DNA of 64,000 nucleotides from Candidatus Hydrogenedentota bacterium (GTDB lineage Bacteria; Hydrogenedentota; Hydrogenedentia; Hydrogenedentales; SLHB01): NCBI GenBank assembly GCA_045863335.1, contig BTVY01000004.1, positions 32,001 to 96,000 of the forward strand, read 5' to 3'. Shown piece by piece: positions 55,967 to 64,000 of this stretch (position 1 is its first letter; each line of letters starts with the position of its first letter). The notes under the pieces were generated by a model. It saw only the letters and a program-made list of their open reading frames with translations, ran no database searches and was not told where the DNA came from. The position numbers and the translations under genes were made by a program.

Positions 55967-56533
55967 TTACGATTGACTCGATTCTTCTGATGACGCTTCG
56001 ATTTCCGCCCGCAACGTTTCGACCAAGTCGAGCATGGCGCGAAATTCCTTCTCATCGAATCCGATTTCCTGCATGGCGATGACGCCGTCGGGACCGATGA
56101 CGTAGTTGCGGGGGATCCATTGCGTGGCGAACTTGTTGTACATCTTTCGCTCGGGATCGGGTGCGAAGGGCAAATCGAGTTTTTCCTCCTTCGCGAACTC
56201 CATGAGTTCTTTCTTCGAATGTTCCCGGCCAACGGAGAGTACGACGACGCCGTCGTCCTCTTTCAAATCCCTGTAGGCTGTCGCAAGGTGAGGCAATTCC
56301 GTGCGGCAGGGGCCGCACCAAGTGGCAAAGAAATTGAGCAGGACAACTTTTCCCTTAGTGGATTCCGAGGTAATTTTCACTCCGTCCAACGTAGTGAATT
56401 CGAAGTCCGGCGCCGGATCTCCCACCTTGGTGAGCGTGGATCCGTCATTCTTCTCCGAGGCGTTGACCAATCTTGGGCCGAGTGCGACGGCCAAGACCAA
56501 GGCTGCACAGACAACTGACAAGCGTTTACTCAT
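55967..56533 (-). CDS. TlpA-family thiol-disulfide oxidoreductase
   Basis: GDPAPDF, NFFATWCGPC; signal peptide from MSKRL. Confidence 0.9.
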   Translation of the reverse strand: MSKRLSVVCAALVLAVALGPRLVNASEKNDGSTLTKVGDPAPDFEFTTLDGVKITSESTKGKVVLLNFFATWCGPCRTELPHLATAYRDLKEDDGVVVLSVGREHSKKELMEFAKEEKLDLPFAPDPERKMYNKFATQWIPRNYVIGPDGVIAMQEIGFDEKEFRAMLDLVETLRAEIEASSEESSQS

Positions 56534-56613
56534 GACAGGTCCCTCCTCGTTGCAGATACCAAACCGATCACGTGAGCTCCGTCGAGTGAATCGACCGTGA
56601 GTCACGATCCAAC

Positions 56614-57525
56614 TCAGCGTGCGGTAAATTCCGGCACCAACGCAAAAGCCGCCTGCTGGGATCGCAAGCTGCCCCTGCGTTCACCGGGGTAGTAGATGTA
56701 GAAGACGCGGCCCACGACGCGGTCGAAGGGGAAACCCGTTTGCCAGGCGCGGCTATCTTCGCTTTCGTTGCGGTTGTCACCGAGAAGAAAGACCTCGCCC
56801 TCGGCGAGCGTCATGGGACCAAACGAATACTCCATCCGCTCCCGGATATAAGATTCATTGATGGGTTCGCCGTTGACCCACAGCTTGCTGTTCGCAATCT
56901 CGACTTCGTCACCCGGGAGGGCCACGAGCCGCTTCACGAGAAAGGCGGCGGGATCGGCCGGGTCCTCGACAACCACCACGTCGCCTCGCCGGTATTCGGT
57001 CGGCACGATGGCGGCGAAGCGATCTCCGGGTTCCAAGGTGGGGATCATGGAACCCGTCGGAACTTCGTAGAACGTCAGGCCCTTAAAGAATAACAGGTAG
57101 TAGAACGGGGACGTGACCAGCAGGATCGCGACGAGAAGGCTGGTCCAGATGGTACGGCGCGATAGGTTGAGGTTGCTCAAGGGGTTCTCCCATCCGCCCC
57201 CGCTCGGCACGACTACGGGCGGCGGCGGGTTGTATACCTTTGGTTCGAACATGGACATGTCCACGGATGGCGGCGGCTCAGTGGGGGGTCGCGAGTCCAT
57301 TGCCTCGACGCGGGGGAGGTCCGTGAGAAGCTGCTGCAATTCCGTATACCGCGCCTGAATCTTCTCGGCCCGTTTACGGAGTTCGCGATCGGTGGGCCGT
57401 TGTTTCAGCGCCTTGCGGAGGTAATGGTAATCCTTCCGAAGCTTAGCGGCTTCGGCCTTGACCCGATCCCGATCTTGTACATCCATATCCGGTTTCGCCC
57501 TGGTGAGTTTGTTCGCGCTTATCAT
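56614..57525 (-). CDS. lepB: Signal peptidase I
   Basis: VPTGSMIPTL, VKRLVALPGD, LGDNRNESEDSR. Confidence 0.88.
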   Translation of the reverse strand: MISANKLTRAKPDMDVQDRDRVKAEAAKLRKDYHYLRKALKQRPTDRELRKRAEKIQARYTELQQLLTDLPRVEAMDSRPPTEPPPSVDMSMFEPKVYNPPPPVVVPSGGGWENPLSNLNLSRRTIWTSLLVAILLVTSPFYYLLFFKGLTFYEVPTGSMIPTLEPGDRFAAIVPTEYRRGDVVVVEDPADPAAFLVKRLVALPGDEVEIANSKLWVNGEPINESYIRERMEYSFGPMTLAEGEVFLLGDNRNESEDSRAWQTGFPFDRVVGRVFYIYYPGERRGSLRSQQAAFALVPEFTAR

Positions 57526-57561
57526 ACTGCGGCGAACCTGGCCATACCAGAACCGGTCGCG

Positions 57562-59199
57562 TCAGATATACGCCCCGCCTTTGTACGAATGGTCCTGCTT
57601 CAACACGACGTTCACGCAGGCCGGCTTGCCGGCGGCGAAGGCGCGCTCGATGGCAGGCCGGATGTCGGCCGGTTGCTCGACGTGTTCGCCGTGGCCGCCG
57701 AGAGCCTCGACGACCTTGTCGTAGCGGGTATAGGCGAGTTGGGTCGCGGCGAGGCGTTCGTAGAAAGCCTTTTGTGGACGCAGCATCTGGCCCCAGGCGG
57801 CGTCGTTGCCGACGATGCCTACGATGGGCAAGTTGAACCGGACGGCAGTGTCGTACTCGAACCCGTTCAGGCCGAAGCTCCCGTCGCCGTAGATGATGAG
57901 CACGCGCTTGTCAGGGTGGGCGATTTGCGCGGCGATGGCGAAGGGCATGCCCACGCCCAGCGTGCCCAGGGGGCCGGGATCCATCCAGGCCCCGTTCCGG
58001 GGAATGGGCACCACCTTCGCCGCGGACGCCACGATATCCCCGCCGTCGCCGATGACAATGAGGTCATCGAATTGCTCGACGAAGGCCGCGATTTCCTTGC
58101 ATAACCGCGAGGACTCGATGGGGACCGCGTCCGACGCCTGTTTCGCCGCGTCGGCTTGCGCGATGGCGTCTTCCTTCTCGCGCAGGGCGTTCGCATGGGC
58201 GCTGAAGTCCAGTGTGATCCCTTCCGACGCCATGGTCTGCAAAAGCGCATCAAAGCTGCACGCGAGATTGCCGACCAGCGCCACGTCCGATGCGCGGTTG
58301 TGCCCGACGAGGAGGTTGTCCATTTCGAGTTGGATGATCTTCGCGCCTGTCGGAATGGTCTGGCCGAACTTCATGCGGAAATCCAGCACCACCCCGGCCA
58401 GTATCACGACGTCGCATTGTTCGAGCGCGTCCCGTCGCGTGCGATTGAAGAGATGCTTCGAGTCGCGCGGGATCGTGCCGCGTCCCATACCGTTGGCGTA
58501 GGCGGGGATGTTGGTCTTTTCCAGAAAGGCATTGAGCTGGGGCTGGGCGTTCGACCATTTCACGCTGGTTCCGCTCATGAGCACGGGGCGATCCGCCTTT
58601 TGCAGGATCTCCAGTGCGGCGAGCACATCGTCGCGATGGGGCGTGAGCAAGGGCGGCATCGTGTTGATGGGCGGATAAACGGCCTTGTCCACATCTGCCG
58701 TGTTCATCAACACATCCATAGGCAGTTCGAGAAAGGCCGGCCCTGGGATACCGGACACCGCGTGGCGGATGGCCTGCTCGATGTATTCGGGAATGCGTTC
58801 GGTGTCGTAGCAGGCGGCCGAGTATTTCGTGATGGGTCGCATGAGGCTCACGTGATCCATTTCCTGAAGCGAGCCGCGTCCCAGATTCACGAAGGGCCCC
58901 TGCCCGCCGATGCAGAGAATGGGGGAGTTGGCGCGCCAGGCATTGGCAACGCCCGTCACGCAGTCCGTTACGCCCGGACCGGCGGTGACGACCGCGACCC
59001 CGATCTTGCCGGGATTGAGCCGTGACCACGCATCGGCGGCGTGGGTTGTGGCTTGCTCATGCCGCACGTCGATGATGCGGATGCCCTCGTCGAGGCAGCC
59101 GTCGTAGATGGGCATGACGTGGCCGCCGCTCAGGGTGAAGATACATTCCACGCCCGCCTTCTTGAGCGCGCGCGCAACGAGTTTGCCGCCGTGGGACAT
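57562..59199 (-). CDS. TPP-dependent enzyme (acetolactate synthase / 2-hydroxyacyl-CoA lyase-like)
   Basis: DVRHEQ, TAGPG, GDGSFG...N TPP motif; real start MSHGG at 59199. Confidence 0.9.
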   Translation of the reverse strand: MSHGGKLVARALKKAGVECIFTLSGGHVMPIYDGCLDEGIRIIDVRHEQATTHAADAWSRLNPGKIGVAVVTAGPGVTDCVTGVANAWRANSPILCIGGQGPFVNLGRGSLQEMDHVSLMRPITKYSAACYDTERIPEYIEQAIRHAVSGIPGPAFLELPMDVLMNTADVDKAVYPPINTMPPLLTPHRDDVLAALEILQKADRPVLMSGTSVKWSNAQPQLNAFLEKTNIPAYANGMGRGTIPRDSKHLFNRTRRDALEQCDVVILAGVVLDFRMKFGQTIPTGAKIIQLEMDNLLVGHNRASDVALVGNLACSFDALLQTMASEGITLDFSAHANALREKEDAIAQADAAKQASDAVPIESSRLCKEIAAFVEQFDDLIVIGDGGDIVASAAKVVPIPRNGAWMDPGPLGTLGVGMPFAIAAQIAHPDKRVLIIYGDGSFGLNGFEYDTAVRFNLPIVGIVGNDAAWGQMLRPQKAFYERLAATQLAYTRYDKVVEALGGHGEHVEQPADIRPAIERAFAAGKPACVNVVLKQDHSYKGGAYI

Positions 59200-59238
59200 G
59201 TGTGGGTTCCTCGAGTTGATGCTGTTGGTTTGGGAATT

Positions 59239-59389
59239 GGACCTATAGGACGGATAGGACGAATAGGACAAGAGCCGACGCGCCCGGCCCTACTGAATCA
59301 GGGGTAGACTCCGTGCTAGACGAGAGCCCAGGGCCAACGAAATCTGCTGTTAAACGTCTTATTCGTCCGATAGGTCCTATACGTCCTAT
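59239..59389. repeat. Intergenic inverted REP-like element built from ATAGGAC units
   Basis: ATAGGACGGATAGGACGAATAGGAC, with an inverted GTCTTATTCGTCCGATAGGTCCTATACGTCCTAT about 90 bp away. Confidence 0.6.
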
Positions 59390-59463
59390 GTTCACCTTGG
59401 AATTCACCTCGCGAATCGCCATTGTATTGGGAAGATTACTGAGTCGCAAGCGAAGGATATCCA

Positions 59464-61608
59464 ATGCGGTTGGTATGTGTATTCCTGGTTCTCGTTGGGG
59501 GTGGCGTTGCGGCGCACGCCGAAGCGCCTAGGCCGAACGTCTTGCTCGTCACTATCGACACCTGCCGGGCCGACCGGATCGGGTGCTACGGTTACGGGCT
59601 CGCGCGCACTCCGACGACAGACGCCCTTGCGGCGGGAGGCGTGCGGTGCACGAATGCGACCACCACCGCGCCCATTACGATGCCGGCGCATACGTCCATT
59701 CTGACGGGGCTGTTGCCGCCCGCACACGGCGTGCGGGACAACGGTGCCTATGCCTTGAGTGACAATGCGGTGACGCTGGCGGAGCGGCTGAAAGATGCGG
59801 GTTACGACACGGCCGCCTTCGTGTCGGCGCTGGTCCTCAACCGGCGCTACAATCTGACTCAGGGGTTCGACGTGTACGACGACGACCTCTGGGCCGAAGA
59901 CGATCCCAAACTTTTCATGATTCGCGATCGTCCCGCGCCGAAGACCGCGGAACGGGTGGTGGAATGGCTGAAGGCGTGGCACGGGAAAGAGGAGCGGTCT
60001 CCCTTCTTCCTTTGGGTACACTTCTTCGATCCGCATCAGCCCTACCAGTCGCGCGTGTCCGATCGGTATCTCATCCCTACAGCGTATGACGCGGAGATTG
60101 CACAAGCCGACGATGGTCTGGCGCTGATCATAGACGCATTGAAGAGTATGGGCGTCGCAAACGACACGTTCAGTATCGTCACCGCCGACCACGGCGAGAG
60201 CCTGGGAGAACACGGCGAAAAGACTCACGCGATATTCATATACGATGCGACCGTGCGGGTGCCGCTGGTTTTTCATTGGCCGGGACAGTTGCCCGCAGAT
60301 ACGGAATACCGAGGACCCGTGAGTTGTGTCGACATCATGCCGACGGTGCTGGCGGCGCTTGACGTCGAAGGGGGGGACGCGACCCAAGGCGTCAATCTCC
60401 TTCCGGCCTTGCGCGGCGATGCGCCTCTGCCGGAGCGCCCGCAGTACTGCGAATCGCTGTTGTCTGAAGTAGGGTTCGGCATGGCCCCCCTCTACGGCGT
60501 CCGGTACGAGGGATACAAATACATCCGTGCGCCTCGCCCTGAACTCTACAACCTTCGCTCCGATCCCGATGAGTTGAACAACCTCTACGACGAGAAGCAG
60601 GAACTGGCTGCCGAGTTGGATGGGCGGCTCAGCGCGTTACTCGACGAATCGGAACGGTTCGCATTGCAGCCAGCGGAAAACCCAATGGATGATGAAACCC
60701 TCGAAATGCTTCAGGCGTTGGGTTATCTCGCAGGCTCGGACGAGCGGACGGCCATGGAGGGCATGGACCCGAAAGATGGCATCGTCCTGTACACCAAGCT
60801 GGAAGACGCGAGGCACGCGGCGCAACGAGGCGACTATGCAGTGTGCGAGATGCTCCTGCGGGAATTGCTGGAGATTGTCCCGCGGCATGTGTCTGCCTGG
60901 AATGTGCTTGGCCTCGCTGAAATGCGCCAGGGCGATTTCGCGGCAGCAGAAGAGGCATACGAAGCCTCGCTGCAGGTTGACCCGAATCAGAGCCGGGTTC
61001 TCTACATGCTTGGCTACATCAAGTTGCGGCAGGACCGGTTTGACGAAGCCATCCCGTTGTACGAGCGGGCGCTCGCAATCACGTCCAAATTTGCCGAGGC
61101 CATGATTCATCTCGGGTTCATTGCGATGAAACAAGGCAAGCCCGACGAGGCGAAGGGATGGTACGACCGCGCGCTGGCCATTGATCCGGGCTTACCGCGT
61201 GCCCATCTCGCTTACGCCGATCTACTTTTCGTGGAGCAGGACTACGCGCGCGCACTCACCTTCTACCGGCGCGTGCTCGACACGACGCCCACCCACTTCG
61301 CGGCGCTCCTGCAGGCGGGGCTTTGCGCCCAACGCACAGGAGACGCAGACGCGGCAGCGAGCTACTTTGAAAGCGCCGGCGATCTGCGCTCCGACTCCTG
61401 GATTCCACCGTACAACTTGGCCTGCCTGAAGGCCGTCGGTGGCGATGCGGAAGGCGCACTGGAGTTGCTAGCCGCCGCGCTCGAAAAAGCCACCGCCGAT
61501 AGCGCATTGCTCCAGGCGCTGCAAAGCGACCCCGATCTTGCGCCGCTGCGCGACCGCGAGGATTTCAAAGCGCTCGTTCTCAGGTCGCAGGTTCTTCCTA
61601 CTCCTTGA
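59464..61608 (+). CDS. Sulfatase-like hydrolase with C-terminal TPRs
   Basis: PNVLLVTIDT.RAD, PITMPAHTSILTG, HFFDPH, ADHGE. Confidence 0.9.
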   Translation: MRLVCVFLVLVGGGVAAHAEAPRPNVLLVTIDTCRADRIGCYGYGLARTPTTDALAAGGVRCTNATTTAPITMPAHTSILTGLLPPAHGVRDNGAYALSDNAVTLAERLKDAGYDTAAFVSALVLNRRYNLTQGFDVYDDDLWAEDDPKLFMIRDRPAPKTAERVVEWLKAWHGKEERSPFFLWVHFFDPHQPYQSRVSDRYLIPTAYDAEIAQADDGLALIIDALKSMGVANDTFSIVTADHGESLGEHGEKTHAIFIYDATVRVPLVFHWPGQLPADTEYRGPVSCVDIMPTVLAALDVEGGDATQGVNLLPALRGDAPLPERPQYCESLLSEVGFGMAPLYGVRYEGYKYIRAPRPELYNLRSDPDELNNLYDEKQELAAELDGRLSALLDESERFALQPAENPMDDETLEMLQALGYLAGSDERTAMEGMDPKDGIVLYTKLEDARHAAQRGDYAVCEMLLRELLEIVPRHVSAWNVLGLAEMRQGDFAAAEEAYEASLQVDPNQSRVLYMLGYIKLRQDRFDEAIPLYERALAITSKFAEAMIHLGFIAMKQGKPDEAKGWYDRALAIDPGLPRAHLAYADLLFVEQDYARALTFYRRVLDTTPTHFAALLQAGLCAQRTGDADAAASYFESAGDLRSDSWIPPYNLACLKAVGGDAEGALELLAAALEKATADSALLQALQSDPDLAPLRDREDFKALVLRSQVLPTP

Positions 61609-63949
61609 TCAGCCAGGCCTCCGACAAGCGCGACATCTGCCGCCAGTTGATGCCCGGCTCAAAGGGTACGTCGAAGGTGATCGTCAGGTAGCCTTCGCGG
61701 TAGGCCTGACGCGGCACGGGGAACTCTTTGATCTCGCCCACTTCACGGCCGTCGACGCTGGGCACCAGCCGGATACCGTTTGCGCGGGGCAGACAGGAAC
61801 TCACGCCGGTCGTTTTGAAGACGTAGTCCGCATTCGGATCGAGGCCGATGTAGCGCAGCCCTTCCGGCCAGTCCATCTTGCTCATCCAGGACTGTCGAAC
61901 CCGCCGCATGCCGCTGTCCCAAAACATGAAATCCGGCACGGTCGGGCGGTCCGGTTCCAGCAGCGTGTTGTACTTTTCCGACTTGATGACGCGGTCGCAT
62001 TGCGCCACATTGCCGATGTCGTCATAGAAGCTCCCCGCTCCGGGGTTCTCCCACGTGGCCAGCATGTGCAGGTGTGCGACTTTCTCTTCCTCCGTGGTTA
62101 GCTCACGCGCCTTCGCGATTTCATCTTCGAGCCACCAACGGTTGTTGAGCGGATAGTCGACGTAATCCAGCACCGCGCCGCGTTCGGGCGCAATGGCGCC
62201 GTACTTTTCGACGCTGGTCTGGTAACCGATGGTCTGGAAGAGGGTCTCGCACATGCCCTCAATGCGATTGCGCCAGCCTGGTTGAATCGACCCTTCATCC
62301 ACGCGCGCCAACTCGGCCAGCGCAGCGTTTATAGCGGCATCGGCACCAGTCTCGGGCGCCTTTAACATGGCGGCATTTGCGGCCTCTTCCAGGGCCGATT
62401 CGTGAATGAGGCGGTGGCGCACGTACGCGTCGTAGTAGGCCCGCAGGAGGCAGAGGTTCCAGCGCCAGTTGTCGGCAAGCTGCGGCGACTTCGCCTCGAG
62501 TTCCTGCCAGAGACGTAACGTGCCATCCACACTACCGTTGCTCGCCAGCGGACCATCCCAATTCTTCTCCAGCGCGAAGATGCCGTCCGCGGCGGTTTCC
62601 GCAACTTCGGGTCCGAAGAACACGCGGCAGTAGTCTGTGAGGATTTCGCGCAAGTCCGCTGTCGTGTCCCACCCCAACGCGCTCCACACGTACTTGTTCA
62701 CGTCGTCATGGATACCGTCGGAATAGGTCAGGAATCCGTTCGTGTACGGCGCGAGATTGTTGTGGACGACGCGGTAGTAGACGGGACGCGGGTTAACGGG
62801 TTCGCGACCGAGCGTGAAGGCGAAGGCCGGGTCGATCCATGACACCGGGTATTGCGCGCGTACCACGTGGGTGATGTCCGGGTAATGGCGCAGACCGTAT
62901 CGGTTGTCCAGGCGTAGCCGCGTTTCGTAAATGGCGGGACTGGACGGACCGGCGACGACTCCGCCCATCCAATCGGGCTGGTGTTCGTTGACCCACTCGT
63001 AAAAGACATCCACTTGCCAATGGTCAAACCCCTGCAACGAAATCCAGATCTTCGCCTTCCGGTGGTGCCTGGCGAGAACCTCGGACACGTCCTCAAGGAA
63101 CGGCATCACCAACTCTGGCGGGTTGTCGCCAGGATCCCCGCCAGGGAAGAAGACCGCGTCCAGCCGTTTGAACCCGCCGAACAAGTCGCCGAGTTCCTCA
63201 AGCAAATTGGTGCGCGCTTGCGTGTCGTTGAGGTCGATGGTTGCGGGCGTCCAGATCCAGAAGTCGAGGCCGTACTTATCGCAGATGGCGCTAACGGCGC
63301 GATCCATTTCCTCGCGCGGCACATCGCCCACGATGGGGCGGTCGTCCTGCAAGGGGATCATCTCAATGGCGTTCGTGCCGAAAAAGGCTAGCTCACGAAT
63401 GTACTGATCGTACTGCTCAATGCTCCACGCGTCATACGAATTCGCCGTTGCGCGGTACCCCAACTGATGGCCGCGCAGCGGGTACTCCGGCGCCAGGGTC
63501 TCGTTCAATGGACCTGCGAGCGCAATGCGGCCATCGCTCCATTCCAGCTTGCGAAGCAGGTATCCGACGCCAAACAGGGCTCCGCGCGCATCTGCACCCG
63601 CAATCCAAATGACGGGTCTTTCCCCGGGTTCTGTCATAACGCAGAATCCCTCATCGGGCAGCTCGCGCGCGACTTCCGGTACGGACCGGCCGTTGAAGCT
63701 ATCGGTACGGTTAGTCGTGACAACAATCGAGGGGCCCTCAGAAGGCCAGCGGCCCGAGATTGGTGGAGTGACACCAGTTCGTTTCTCAACCTCCTCGGCG
63801 AAAACGTTGGCGGCAAAGTGCGACGGCCCTCGGAGTCCTTGGACGACGATGGTGGCCTCGCTCAAATCGATGGACTCGGCCACGGCGCCGGAGAAACGGA
63901 GCGCAATAGCGGTGGCTGCGGCAATGAGATGTAGGCGAGACTTGAACAT
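61598..63949 (-). CDS. Secreted hypothetical protein with a glycoside-hydrolase-like N-terminal domain
   Basis: Signal peptide; EGF...IAGADARGALFGVG; RGHQLGYR. Confidence 0.7.
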   Translation of the reverse strand: MFKSRLHLIAAATAIALRFSGAVAESIDLSEATIVVQGLRGPSHFAANVFAEEVEKRTGVTPPISGRWPSEGPSIVVTTNRTDSFNGRSVPEVARELPDEGFCVMTEPGERPVIWIAGADARGALFGVGYLLRKLEWSDGRIALAGPLNETLAPEYPLRGHQLGYRATANSYDAWSIEQYDQYIRELAFFGTNAIEMIPLQDDRPIVGDVPREEMDRAVSAICDKYGLDFWIWTPATIDLNDTQARTNLLEELGDLFGGFKRLDAVFFPGGDPGDNPPELVMPFLEDVSEVLARHHRKAKIWISLQGFDHWQVDVFYEWVNEHQPDWMGGVVAGPSSPAIYETRLRLDNRYGLRHYPDITHVVRAQYPVSWIDPAFAFTLGREPVNPRPVYYRVVHNNLAPYTNGFLTYSDGIHDDVNKYVWSALGWDTTADLREILTDYCRVFFGPEVAETAADGIFALEKNWDGPLASNGSVDGTLRLWQELEAKSPQLADNWRWNLCLLRAYYDAYVRHRLIHESALEEAANAAMLKAPETGADAAINAALAELARVDEGSIQPGWRNRIEGMCETLFQTIGYQTSVEKYGAIAPERGAVLDYVDYPLNNRWWLEDEIAKARELTTEEEKVAHLHMLATWENPGAGSFYDDIGNVAQCDRVIKSEKYNTLLEPDRPTVPDFMFWDSGMRRVRQSWMSKMDWPEGLRYIGLDPNADYVFKTTGVSSCLPRANGIRLVPSVDGREVGEIKEFPVPRQAYREGYLTITFDVPFEPGINWRQMSRLSEAWLIKE

Positions 63950-64000
63950 GACGTTTCCTGCTCCGATCGCGTTGGACCCTTACGAGTCGTTAATGGCAGA

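Overview
The window has two parts. Positions ~1-49.5 kb are a composite genomic island; ~49.5-64 kb is GC-richer, ordinary chromosomal backbone (SxtJ/DUF5989 pair, Gfo/Idh/MocA oxidoreductase, K+/H+ antiporter, TlpA-like redoxin, signal peptidase I, TPP enzyme, sulfatase-TPR, large secreted protein). The island holds two tandem-accretion arrays that follow the same logic: each unit brings a replacement 3' end for the gene it inserts into. (1) A large serine recombinase (8766-10328, -) appears to have its recombination site inside its own 3' end. It is followed by integrase-less cassettes: two of ~1.5 kb and a third running off the window that carries a nucleotide-modification operon. Each cassette starts with an in-frame alternative 43-aa recombinase C-tail, a conserved sigma70-like promoter and a GACTTC x3 motif. 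This integron-like array is the best candidate for an undescribed system. (2) A comM/yifB gene (16659-18194) is followed by two integrase-less units (~18.6 and ~13.2 kb), each ending in an XRE gene abutting a new comM 3' half at the CPCG codons. Their cargo includes an unannotated 36-aa RiPP-like precursor with an HprK-like kinase, nucleotidyltransferase, PqqD/RRE and S24/S26 peptidase; a duplicated constant-N/variable-C zinc metalloprotease plus HEAT-like partner; and an Rhs protein with a TPR-C39 peptidase module bracketed by double-glycine motifs. I saw no rRNA, canonical tRNA or CRISPR array. All family assignments come from recognising motifs by eye, not from database searches.
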